Below are positions 1 to 10,708 of a DNA stretch of 64,000 bases, piece by piece (positions within the stretch are counted from its first letter, which is position 1; every line of letters starts with the position of its first letter). The notes under the pieces were generated by a model. That model saw nothing but the letters and a program-made list of their open reading frames with translations. It ran no database searches and had not been told where the DNA came from. This stretch comes from an uncultured Planctomycetota bacterium (lineage in GTDB: Bacteria > Planctomycetota > PLA2 > JAEUHO01): contig CAVVXN010000002.1 of NCBI GenBank assembly GCA_963752285.1, forward strand, positions 32,001 through 96,000. The letters run 5' to 3'. The translations under genes and the position numbers were made by a program.

Positions 1-7
1 TGGATGT

Positions 8-964
8 ATGGCGCGCATGTCCCCGTTGGCTGTGGCGAACCTAAACATGATTGCAAGGATGAATACATCCCGCATGCGGGAGCTCGTTCTTGTCTTGGAC
101 TGCCGAGAACCAGACGTTCCAGAGAACATACTGCGGGCCGTAGCACTGTGGAAGAAACCGGCTGTGGTAAGAGTCATGTGCTACAAGGGTTGGCAAGAAA
201 GAGTGGCGCGCTCGCTTGATTGGGGCTGGGTGTATGCATGGCTGTCCTGGTGCATCGGAGTAGGGTGCGCCAGGACCAGGCACGTTTTGCTACATGACCT
301 CGATGCGCTCCCGCTGGACCCGGAACTCTTCGAAACACTTTACACGCGCGCGGCTGAGTCAGGAGCACGCTTCCACGGGATCCGCCACTACGTTGGCCAT
401 GGCATCGACTCGTCGATGAAGCTCGCCACCACCTTCGAACTTGTAATCGATGCGGAATACCTGCGAAATACATTCGCACCACTGGATTGCTTCAATCAAG
501 TGGCATTAATTAATGGGAAGTACGTAGATTTTGATACCTTTTTGCATGTGCAATACCTAACGCAGAGAACAAATGTTGACAACATCAAGGAACAGCAATT
601 GATTCATCCATCGCAGATGATTTGCCAGTACACCGATCTGGTGGCCGGAAGAGGGTCGATGAATAGAAGGCACAATCTATTGATGCTGCCATACTACTAC
701 TACCTGGGGGGCTGCGAGGATTGGATGCGAAGCGTCGCGAGCTCGCTGTCCGTGGCCCTGCCTGACGGCATTGAGTTCGTTGGAAAGGCATTGCCGGTCG
801 GGCAGCTCTCGCCCGCCCACTGGGCGTGGATGTCAAAGCAGATTGCGTGCGTTGAGATGTCCGTTTACGGGGTCATACGGCCCGAAGTTGCTCAGTACGT
901 GGCGGCGCTTGGGGTGCAGGAGAAGCTGGCCCACGCGGCTCGAGAGAGCGTTGATGGTCAGTAG
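8..964 (+). CDS. Hypothetical protein, possible GT-A fold glycosyltransferase (may be 5'-truncated by the window edge)
   Basis: 318-aa ORF with the frame open from the window start. DxD-like motif in HVLLHDLDALP. Lies just upstream of EPS export genes. Many A/T-ending codons. Confidence 0.55.
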   Translation: MARMSPLAVANLNMIARMNTSRMRELVLVLDCREPDVPENILRAVALWKKPAVVRVMCYKGWQERVARSLDWGWVYAWLSWCIGVGCARTRHVLLHDLDALPLDPELFETLYTRAAESGARFHGIRHYVGHGIDSSMKLATTFELVIDAEYLRNTFAPLDCFNQVALINGKYVDFDTFLHVQYLTQRTNVDNIKEQQLIHPSQMICQYTDLVAGRGSMNRRHNLLMLPYYYYLGGCEDWMRSVASSLSVALPDGIEFVGKALPVGQLSPAHWAWMSKQIACVEMSVYGVIRPEVAQYVAALGVQEKLAHAARESVDGQ

Positions 965-1208
965 CCTGAAGTGCCGGTCGGTCCTGGCTCCCCGACACTC
1001 TGTTCTTGCGTGTCTAGGAGGGATGTTGTCTGCCCCGTGAGGCAGTGGGGGCCCACCAAATGCGGCGCGGCTCTTGAGTTTTGGTGGCGGTCCCTGTATG
1101 AATCTGAGCCATTTGCCGTCCCGCCGGCGTGCATAAAGCTATGCCTGTGTGGTGTGCTGGCGACTGCATCGGCATGAACGTCTTGGTGTAAGTCAACCGC
1201 AGGCAGCT

Positions 1209-1223
1209 CCCCCCCCCCCCCCC
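1209..1223 (+). repeat. Poly-C homopolymer (C15)
   Basis: 15 consecutive C, ending about 11 bp upstream of the GAGGAG RBS of the ABC transporter ATG at 1245. Confidence 0.9.
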
Positions 1224-1244
1224 AGGCTTGAATCGAGGAGACAA

Positions 1245-3043
1245 ATGTTTGACGTATTTCTGCGAATGTACGGGTGCCTTACTCGGGGCATGCGCCGGCA
1301 GTTGTGGGTTGTTCAGGGTGTGTCGATTCTCGTCGCGGCAACCCAGGTCGTCGGCATTGCAGCTGTGGTGCCCTTCCTCGCCGTGGTCGGAGATCCGTCA
1401 AGAATCAAGACGAGCAGTGTTCTCCGCTGGCTCTACACGCTCGCCGGATCTCCGGGCGACGCCAAGTTCCTTATGCTCTTGGGCGCCGGTATGGTGCTAG
1501 TAATCGTAGCAGCCAATGCCATTTCTGTGCTAGGCCTCTATCTTGGTGTCAAGCTAGCCTACCGCGTCGGGAACGCACTCTCAATCGCACTTTTTAGATA
1601 CTATCTGCATCGGGATTACTTGTTTCACACGCGTACTGGCGTGAGCCTGCTCCTGAGTCGGGTCCACAGCGAGGTGGATCGTGTAACGCGTGGTGTCCTA
1701 TTTCCGATGATTCAGGTTGGGACATCCGTTGTTCAGATATTCGTTTTGACGGCTGCACTAGTGGCCGTGGACGCCGGGGTCGCCACCGTTACGGTTGCAG
1801 TCTTCGGCGGCGCCTACGTTGGCATTACATTTGCCTTGAGATCCAAGATGCGCCGGTGGGGGTGGATGGTGACGCAGATGAATCGGTGCCGCGTTGCTAC
1901 GATTCGGGAAGGTTTTGGCGCCATTAAGGAGTTGATCGTAAATGAAAGGCAGGAAGTGTTCTTGGATGAGTACTCTCTGGCCAGCAAACGTAGAGAGCAC
2001 GGCGGAGTAATGCAGCAGCTGGCGGGTAACGTTCCGCGCAACATTCTGGAAGTTCTGGGATTCTGTGGGATTGTGCTTGCTAGTCTTCTTCTTGTGTCGC
2101 GTGGTTCGCGCGGTGACCTTCTTCCGAAACTATCGTTCTTCGCTCTCGCGGGGTACCGTCTTCTCCCTGCGGTGCAGAACCTGTTCTTGTCGATGGCGCT
2201 GGTGCGCAGCGACTCACCTGTCTTCGAGGACATGGAAGGTGACCTGCAACTGGCAATGCAGATCGAGCAGGACCCGTCGGTCCTAGGGGCGGCTTCCGCT
2301 GACATAGCATCGGGCGGTGGCATTCGACTCACAGATGTAAAATTCTGGTATGAATCTGAACGAGAGCCAGCGCTCGATGGCGTGTCACTAGAGATTTCTG
2401 TGCCGTCTACGGTCGGGTTCGTTGGGGCTACTGGATCTGGTAAGACAACCACGGCAGATGTGATTCTCGGTCTACTCAGTCCTCAGAGTGGTGAGGTGTT
2501 TGTTGGTGGAGTGGTGCTCACGGAGGGCAGCGTTCGTTCTTGGCGGCGCCACCTTTCGTATGTGCCGCAGCAAATATACCTGCTGGACGCCTCCATCGCA
2601 GAGAACATTGCTCTTGGAGTACCTCGGGATGAGATCGATTACCTCCGTGTGCGGGAGGCTGCCGCCTTGGCTCAGGCGGCTTCGTTTATCGAGCGGCTAC
2701 CGGAGGGATACGAGGAAACGGTGGGTGAGAATGGCGTGCAGTTGAGTGGAGGGCAGAGACAGAGGATCGGTATTGCTCGGGCGCTATATCGGGATTCGCC
2801 GATTCTTGTTCTGGATGAGGCAACAAGCGCGCTAGACGGAGACACCGAGGCGGCGGTGATGGCGGAATCGAGGGACTATCCGATCGAAAGACGATCATAC
2901 TAATTGCGCATAGACTTACAACCGTTAGGCGGTGCGACCAGATTCTGGAATTCGAGTCAGGGCGCATCGTAAGGTCCGGAACGTACGATGAGTTGATGCG
3001 TCTGTCGCCTAGCTTCCGACGGATGGCGGAGGGCGCGCACTAG
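1245..3043 (+). CDS. ABC transporter permease/ATP-binding protein (PglK/WlaB-like glycan flippase), one frameshift near 2870
   Basis: TM N-terminus, Walker A GATGSGKTT, signature LSGGQRQR, Walker B ILVLDEATSALD. The H-loop IIL-IAHRLTT continues in another frame to TAG at 3041-3043. Confidence 0.88.
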
Positions 3044-3222
3044 TGGTTGAGGTACAACGACGAGCCCGCGCTCCGCAGGGCCGGCTGCCGTGGGGTGCCT
3101 CCCCGCAGGGCCTCCGCGGAGGAGTGGGCCGTCGGCATCGGAGTTCACTTTGGGCTCGGATCCTAACCTCTAGAGGGGTTCTGTCGCACCTCGCGTTAGC
3201 AGAGAGGGAGAGGGCATTTCGC

Positions 3223-3677
3223 ATGAGGAAGGGACCTAGAATCCTCGCGGTTTCCAGCGGGGGTGGGCACTGGATCGAGCTGCTTCGCCTGCGGCCCGCG
3301 TTCGAAGGTGGCCGGGTATCGTACGCTACGGTGCAGCGCGAGTATCGATCTGACGTCACGGGTGCGCCGTTCTTCGTGGTCGCCAGACGCCACAAGGTGG
3401 AGCCGGGTGCTCTCTTCGGGTTGGTGTTGCGGACGTTTCTGGTGTTGGCCCGGGTCCGGCCCGAGGTGATCATCACGACGGGCGCGGCGCCCGGGTACGT
3501 CGCGATCCGACTAGGGCGGCTGCTGGGAGCGAAGACGATCTGGGTGGACAGCATCGCCAACGTGGACGAACTCTCCCTGTCAGGTCGGCTTGCGGGGCGG
3601 CACGTCACGTGTGGCTGACCCAGTGGGAGCACCTTAGTGGCGCGGGGGGGCCCGAGTTCGCCGGGCGAGTAATGTGA
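3223..3677 (+). CDS. PssD/Alg14-like glycosyltransferase subunit, frameshift near 3608
   Basis: SSGGGHW, RPEVIITTGAAPG and WVDSIAN motifs. The C-terminal WLTQWEHL is in a shifted frame ending at TGA 3675-3677. Confidence 0.85.
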
Positions 3678-4159
3678 TCTTCGTCACGACTGGGCACCAG
3701 GAGCCTTTCGATCGGCTGGTCCGCGCCGTGGACGAGTGGGCCCGGCGGAGGGGCCGCACGGACCTCCTAGCGCAGGTCGGGCGCGGAGAGTACGTGCCGG
3801 CCGCGTGCCGCTGGGTCCGGTGTCTCGATCCGGTGGCCTTTCGGCAGGTCATGTAGGACTCGACGGTCGTCGTCTCGCACGCAGGTACGGGGACGATCAT
3901 CACGGCGCTGGAGCTCGGGAAGCCCCTTCTCGTCATGCCGCGCCGTGCCATGCTGAGGGAGACGAGAAACGACCACCAGGTGGCGACGGCTCGGTACTTC
4001 GCGGACGCGGGATACCTCGTCGCGGCGAGCGATGAAGCCGCCCTGTCGGAGGAGCTGGACCGCCTCGGGGAGACCGGCTTTGGGAAGCGGTGCGTGCCAG
4101 GGGTTACGCCGGAACTCATCGAGAGGTTGCGGAGCGAGATTTTCGGGCGCACGCGATGA
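3674..4159 (+). CDS. PssE/Alg13-like glycosyltransferase (GT28 C-terminal type) with an in-frame TAG at 3854-3856
   Basis: MIFVTTGHQEPFDRL start overlapping the upstream stop. After the TAG the same frame continues VVSHAGTGTIITALELGKPLLVMPR...NDHQ. Confidence 0.82.
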
Positions 4160-4285
4160 AGCTCGATGGAGAGGATACCGGCTGTAGAGACCGCATGATC
4201 TCTGGTGCGGGACCTAGAGCGCGAAGTGACCGGTGACGTGAATCGGTGACGGTTAGGTGCCAGGCGGTGGACTTGGGACAGGCTG

Positions 4286-5249
4286 ATGCCCGTGAGGCTG
4301 AGGGGCGCCTTCCGTCGAGTGGGGCGAGGGTCTGCCCGCGTACTGCTTCTCGCGGGTGGCGTGCGCGCGTCCGACTTCGTCGGGGCCCTGGAGCGGTCCA
4401 TCCTGGATCTCCCGCTGAGTGGCACGCATCGCGTCGGGGACGTTTGGCTTCAGCGGATTTTCGATGCGACTGGCCGCGAGGTCCGGGCAGGGTCCGCGCG
4501 CGTTTCCGTCGAAGCTCTGGTGGGACTGGGAAGCCCAGAGCCGCGACAAGTCGGAGCAGGCGCGCTGCGCCTCGAGACACGGCCTGACGCGAGCGAGTAC
4601 CGAGGCACCGGTGGCGTGCTCCGAGACCTCTGTGAGCCGCTGTGCGAGGACGAGTTCATCGTGGTGGGCAGCGCGTCGCAGTGCCCGGAGGCGGGTCAGC
4701 TCGAGACGCTGCTCGATAACGCCAACGAGCAGGACGGTGTGACCCTGCTGGTCGGGGAGGACGGCGTGCCGACAGGGCTGATGCTCATTCGGTGTCGCGC
4801 TCTTGCGCTTGTTCCTCCGGTCGGCTTCCACGACCTCAAGGAGCAGGCGCTCCCGCAGATCGAGCGTGCCTCTGGCGTGCACGTGCTGCGGGCACGGACA
4901 GGGGCGTGCCGCCCGATCCGCAGTGTGCGCAGCTACCTCGACGTGGTTCGTTCGTGGCAGGAGTCGGGGAGCCTGCGGGGGGTGCGCCTCGTGCGCCCGC
5001 TCGAAGAGCGCTGGAGGCCGGCCTTCGCGATCGTGGAGGACGGAGCCGAGGTGGCTCGCGACGCGAGACTCCATGACTCGGTGGTCTTGCGAGGGGGGGG
5101 CGGTCGAGGCGGGATGCACCGTGGTAAGGACCGTCGTCGCGCCTGGTGGCCGGGTCCGGAGAGGGTCCCTCGTCGTGGGCCAGCTCGTGGCGCCTCCGGC
5201 GGACCCAGGGCCGGCGGCGGGCAGTCGCGACGGGGAGAGTCCTCAGTGA
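4286..5249 (+). CDS. NDP-sugar synthase / nucleotidyltransferase-like protein with C-terminal hexapeptide-like region, frameshift in G-run near 5093-5100
   Basis: VLLLAGG N-terminal motif, YRGTGGVLRD and DLKEQALP. The LbH-like tail (DSVVLRGGAVEAGCTVVRTVV) continues in a shifted frame to TGA 5247-5249. Confidence 0.7.
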
Positions 5250-6133
5250 TCGATCCCCGAGGACCGAACTCGACCACGCGTTGGCGCCGCTGGGACGTCC
5301 TGGGTATCTCCGCGTTGGTCCTGCTTGGCGCCATGGCCACCTATCCAGCCTGGCAGGACATCTTCCTGATCGCCACGCGGGACGAGGAGCAGAGCCACGT
5401 CCTGCTCGTCCCCGTCGTCGCGGCGTGGCTCGTATGGGTCCGCCGGGCGAGATTGCGCCGCTGCCCCCGCGACTTCCGGTACGTCGGACCCGCACTCATC
5501 GCACTCGGTTGGGCCGCGACCTCGATCGGGGACCTTCGGCTCATCCAGGCTCTCTGGCACGCCGGTGCCGTGCTCGTCTTCGTCGGGTGCGTGGTCTCCT
5601 TCACGGGCGCCCGGCTGGTCGCCCGGCTCCTCCCCGCCTTCGTGGTACTCGTGTTCTTGGTGCCCGTGCCGGGCATGTTGCGGCAGCAGGTCGCGCTGCC
5701 GCTCCAGACGGCGACCGCCGACGTGACGCAGCGCATCCTGGACACGTTCGGGGTGGAAGCGGCGCGGGCCGGGAACGCGCTCGCGGTCAACGGGCACGAG
5801 ATCCGGATCGCGGACGCGTGCAACGGACTTCGCATGGTCTCGGCGCTCTTCCTCGTGTCCTTCGCCTTCGCCTACGGGCTCCCCCTTCGGGAACCCGTGC
5901 GTTGGCTGATCCTCTTCCTGAGTCCGCTCTCCGCGATCCTCTGCAACGTGGCCCGGTTGATCCCCACGATTCTCGCCTACGCCTACGTGTCGGACGCCGC
6001 GGGGGAGCGCGTCCACGACATCGGGGGATGGGTCATGCTGCCCGTGGCCTTCCTGCTGCTGCTCGGGATCGTCCGATCGCTGCGCTGGGCCCTCCTGCCC
6101 GTCTACCGTTACACCCTCGCCTACGGGCGATAG
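5246..6133 (+). CDS. Exosortase (EpsH family transpeptidase)
   Basis: Multi-pass membrane protein with catalytic-type motifs IADACNGLR (Cys), NVAR (Arg) and VHD (His). GTG start overlaps the upstream TGA. Followed by an EpsI-like gene. Confidence 0.92.
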   Translation: MIDPRGPNSTTRWRRWDVLGISALVLLGAMATYPAWQDIFLIATRDEEQSHVLLVPVVAAWLVWVRRARLRRCPRDFRYVGPALIALGWAATSIGDLRLIQALWHAGAVLVFVGCVVSFTGARLVARLLPAFVVLVFLVPVPGMLRQQVALPLQTATADVTQRILDTFGVEAARAGNALAVNGHEIRIADACNGLRMVSALFLVSFAFAYGLPLREPVRWLILFLSPLSAILCNVARLIPTILAYAYVSDAAGERVHDIGGWVMLPVAFLLLLGIVRSLRWALLPVYRYTLAYGR

Positions 6134-6139
6134 CTCCCA

Positions 6140-6826
6140 ATGAGAATCCTCCCGCACACGACCTGGTCGGCGGCGCCGCTGGTGAGCCTCGCTCTCCTGG
6201 GCGGCATCTGGCTCGAGTGGCGCACCTACCACCTGCCCGTCGGGGACGCGGCGGCGTACCACGCCCGGGTTCGGGAGGTGGCGGACCAGCTTCCGTATCG
6301 CATCGGGGACTGGATCGGGAGCGATGAGCCCGTTCCCGCCTCGGCCGAGAAGCTCCTGAAGCCGAACGTCCTTCGGGCGCGCCGCTTCCGGAACGCTTCC
6401 ACGGGCGAGGAAGCCGCGCTGATCGTCGTCCAGTGCCGGAGCGCCCGCGACATGGGCGGGCACTATCCACCGATCTGCTATCCCGCGCACGGTTGGACCC
6501 TCCGCGGCACCGAGAGCCAAGTCCTCGACGTGGCGGGCACGCGAATCCCCGTCGCGATCTACGACTTCACGTCCGAGACGCTGCAGCGGTTCGACGAGAA
6601 GATCGTGTACAACTTCTTCGTGCGTCCCGACGGGACGCTGGAGAGCGGTCGAGACGGCGTGGCCCGGGCCGCTGCGGATCCGCGACAGCGGATCTACGGC
6701 GCGGCGCAGATCCAGGTCGAGGTCCCGCCGTCCCTCTCGGCCGAGCGTAGGAGCGAGCTCGTCCGCCGTCTGCTGACGCCGGCCCTACCCCTCATCGAGG
6801 CGATCCGGCACGGGGGAATTCAATGA
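6140..6826 (+). CDS. Exosortase-associated EpsI family protein
   Basis: N-terminal TM anchor, LPYRIGDWIG and GHYPPICYPAHGW motifs. Directly follows exosortase. Confidence 0.88.
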   Translation: MRILPHTTWSAAPLVSLALLGGIWLEWRTYHLPVGDAAAYHARVREVADQLPYRIGDWIGSDEPVPASAEKLLKPNVLRARRFRNASTGEEAALIVVQCRSARDMGGHYPPICYPAHGWTLRGTESQVLDVAGTRIPVAIYDFTSETLQRFDEKIVYNFFVRPDGTLESGRDGVARAAADPRQRIYGAAQIQVEVPPSLSAERRSELVRRLLTPALPLIEAIRHGGIQ

Positions 6827-9274
6827 CGCGCCAACCGCCCCGTGTCGTGGCTCTCGGACGCCACCTCGGAGACCCGGACGAGGCGGCGCCGGCCACCACG
6901 CCCGCCACCGAGTCCGCCTGGCGAAGACTGCACCGCCTGCTCAAGGGCCACTACCCGCTTGCCGTGCTGCTCGTCGTGGCGGGAATGGCAGGAGGCGCGT
7001 ACCTCGGCTTCCGATCCACGGAGCCCCTCTACCAGCAGGTCGCGCTCATCCACATCGCCCCGAGCATGCCCTCCCTCCGGGACCCGGAGGGCCGGTCGGT
7101 GCTTCCCGACTTCGACGGCTTCATCCAGTGGCACGTGGCCTTGCTCGAGTCGGCCCGGGCGACGCAGTTCGCCGTCGCGTCGGACACGTGGCAGAAGAAG
7201 GGACGCGGCGGAAGCGACGGCGAGGCGCTCCAAGAGTTCGAAGAGCACCGCGTGATCGCTCACAAGCGCGGGACGCAGTACATCGAGGTCCAGTTCCTCG
7301 ACCCGGATCCGCAGGTCGCCGTGGCGGGCGCGGCGGCCCTGATCGACGCGTACCGGAGACTCTCGGAGTGAGCTCGGGGTGGCACGCGGGATGAGAGATA
7401 AGCTGAGGGACGAGTCCGAGGACCTGCGCAAGGATCTGGCTCGCCTCAATGGGCTGATCAACGAGAAGACTGCCGCCTACGGCGGCGTGGACGGGCTCAA
7501 GACGTTTCACGCGGAGGCGCTGCGAACCCTCCTGAGCGCTCAGGAGGAGTTCCAGAAGGTCGAGGACCAGATCCGGCGCTACGACGACGCCGCCGGGGCA
7601 GGAGCTTCGCGCGGTCCCCTTTCGCCCGAAGAGATCGCGGTGGACAGCGCGGAGATGGCCCGCGACCTCCTCGACCTCGACCGCTTGAAGGCCGACGAAG
7701 CCCGGCTGGTGGGCAAGGTGGGCGACCAGGACCCGGGGCTCGTGAAGACCCGGTCCGACATCGGGGTGCTGAAGACCCACATCCAGCGCATGGCCGACGC
7801 CTGGAACGCCAAGCGGCTCGCGGGTGCCCAAGGGGGTGTCACGCGGGAGCAACTCGTCGCCCTCGAAGAACGGCTGAAAACAGAAAGGGATGCGCTGGGG
7901 GCACATCGCCAAGAGCTGGGGGACCTCCTGGCGGAGGTCGCGCGGCACCAGAAGGACATCGACGACGATCAGCGCAAGCTCGACGACCTCAAATACCTAC
8001 GCGAGAACGTGGATCTGAAGCCCATCGGCGAGGGCCGGATCACGATCCCCGAGCCCGGCCCGCCGCCGACGACGCCCTACAAGGACAGCCGCATCTCGCG
8101 GGCCGTCGCGGGCGCGGTGGGAGGCGGCGGACTCTGCTTCCTGCTGGTGATCTTCCTCGGCTTCCTGGACCGCAGGGTCCGGAGCGTCGAGGACGTGGAC
8201 CAGGCGCCCTTCGGTGTTCGTCTGCTGGGCCTTCTTCCCACGCTCCCCGCAGAGGTCTCCGATCCGCGCGGGGAGGAGGTGGCGATCCACTGCGTCCACC
8301 ACATCCGTACCCTCCTCCAGATCACGCAGGCGGGGGGGCGCGGGCCTTCCTCCTTCTGCATCACGAGTCCCGGGCCCGGCAGTGGAAAGACGACGCTCGC
8401 GGCGGCCCTTGGCCTGTCGTTCGCCGCCTCGGGTACGCGGACCCTCCTCGTGGACGCGGACCTCGAGGGGCGCGGCCTCACGCGGCTCATCGGACAGCTC
8501 CTCCTGGGCCGGATCCGTCGAAGGGCGGACGCGCTCCCCGAACCCTCGACTCCGGAGCCCGCGCCCCCGGGCTTCGAGATCCCGGCTCGGCGACTGCTCG
8601 GCCCGTTCGTTGCCGGACGCATGCGCGAGCCCCTGCCCACCCCGGAGGAGATGGAGTCTCTGCTCGGGCGCGCCCTCACCGCGTTCGGCGTGCGGGGCGC
8701 GTACGAGTCGGGCATTCTCGGAGACATCTTCTCGATGACGGACCTGGCGCTCCATGGTGCCGGCCGCGAGGATCTCGAGGCGATCCTCCGGGAGGCGGCT
8801 TCGGCCGGCGGAGACGGAGCCGACGCCTTCCCCGAGGACCTCGTACCGCCGCGGGTTCTCGAGATTTCGCCCGAGCGCGCCGCGGTCAACGGAACCGGCC
8901 TCGGCCCGCTCCTCTACCGAACGGGAGTCGAGAACCTGTCGTTCGTGCCGCTGCGGGGCCTGGTCACCGGAGGCGCCGTCTCCGCGACGACTCTTGCGGG
9001 CCTCGTTCACGCGGTCGAGGCGGAGTTCGAGACCGTCCTGATCGACACGGGGCCCGTGCCGGGGAGTCTGGAGACGTCGATGGTCGCCGCCGAGGTGGGA
9101 CGTGTGGTGATGGTGGTCTCCCTCGGCGATCCCCGGCCCGAGTACCTCCGCGCCGTCTCCCACCTCGCCGAGGTCGGCGCCCGCATGGCGGGCGTCGTGT
9201 TCAACCGCGCAGGGCTCCGGGAGGTGATCCGGACGAGCCGCACCTCCCTCCGGAGCGGCGGAGGCGAGGCATGA
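6823..9274 (+). CDS. Wzc-like polysaccharide co-polymerase / BY-kinase family protein, frameshift near 7370
   Basis: N-terminal TM, coiled-coil region, second TM, Walker A SPGPGSGKTT, A' LLVDADL and Walker B VLIDTGP. Confidence 0.82.
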
Positions 9275-10705
9275 CGGGCGCCTCCGCGCCGCCGAGCATC
9301 GCGTCTGCCGGAGTCGTCCCCACGCTCTGGGGGCTCACCCCCGCGCAGCTCCACGACCGGTTCTGGGCCTCGCGCGGGGTGCAGGTCGTGCGGCCCGGAG
9401 AACCGTCCGAGATCGTGACGTCTGCGGAGCTCTACCTCCTCGTCGATTCGAACACGTTGGCCGTCTTCCCGCTTCGCGACCTCGTCGAGATGCTGAGCTG
9501 GATGAAGCCCGACCTCGTCGCCGTACGGGTCCGCGACGAGGGGGGGCGGGAGTACGAAGAGGTGGTCCGCAGCGACGCGGACGGTCGCTTCCTGGCCTTC
9601 GAGCGGCGATACGAGGGCGCGGACTCGCGCCTCGCCCGCGTCGGCCTGACCCCCCTGCACGAGGTCGCGCGGCTGTGGCAGGCCTCCTCCGGAGCCGCGG
9701 ACGGCTGGCGGCGACTCCGTCGCGCCATCCGGGCCGACCGCCGACAGGTCCGCCGCCTGCCGGGTCGTGTGTTCGACGCGCGGCGGGATCGCGAGGTGAT
9801 GCTCCACCTCGAGTACCTGATGGAGAAGTGGTCGCGACCCGACTCCACCGTGCGCCGGGTGGCGAAGGGCGCGGCGGACGTCTGGGTCGATCGTGACGCC
9901 GAGGTCGCCCGCGGCGCCACGGTGCTGGGCCGTGCGTGGGTCGGCGCCGGCCGGCGCCTCGGTGCCGAGGATCTGGTCGTGGGACCCGCGATCCTGTGGG
10001 ACGCGCCCGACGCGGTGCCCGCCCGGGAGGGCGTCCCGTGGCAGGACCTCGAGCCCGTGCCCATCACGAGCGCCCTCGTCGCCGCTCCCCGGCGCCCCCC
10101 TCGCATACCCCGCGCCGGGAAACGAGTCTTCGATGTCGCGTTCTCCCTCCTGGTCCTCCTGCTGACCCTCCCCCTCGTACCCGGTGATCGCCCTGGCCAT
10201 CCTGATCGAGGACGGGTGGCCGGTGTTCTTCGCGCATCGGCGAGAGACCTTGGGCGGCCGGGAGTTCCCGTGCCTCAAGTTCCGGTCGATGCGCAAGGAC
10301 GCCGAGAAGATCAAGGCGGAGATCGCGGCGCAAAACGTCTCGGACGGGCCGCAGTTCTTCGTGCGAAACGACCCTCGTTCCACCCGCGTGGGGCGGATCC
10401 TGAGGGCCACCCAGCTCGACGAGATTCCGCAGTTCCTGAACGTGCTCGCCGGGGACATGTCGATCGTCGGGCCCCGCCCGAGCCCCCGCAGCGAGAACCA
10501 GTTCTGCCCCGCGTGGCGCGAGGCGCGACTCAGTGTGCGCCCTGGGGTCACGGGCCTCTGGCAGATCCGACGTACGCGGGCCGAGGGCCTCGACTTCCAG
10601 GAGTGGATCCGGTACGACTTGGAGTACGTGGAGCGGATGAGCTGGAGACTCGACCTCTGGATCCTGTGGAAGACGCTCGGCGTCGTCTTCCGGCGGGGAG
10701 TCTGA
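9271..10705 (+). CDS. Priming polyprenyl glycosylphosphotransferase (bacterial sugar transferase) with long N-terminal extension, frameshift near 10180
   Basis: KRVFDVAFS, KFRSM, LDEIPQFLNVLAGDMSIVGPRP, RPGVTGLWQI and YDLEYV...LDLWILWKT motifs. Confidence 0.88.
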
Positions 10706-10708
10706 CGG

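Noticed and set aside
4286..6133. 615-aa nucleotidyltransferase-exosortase fusion in the ORF track
   Set aside because: It arises from a frameshift in a G-run near 5093-5100. The natural tail ends at TGA 5249, overlapping the exosortase GTG.
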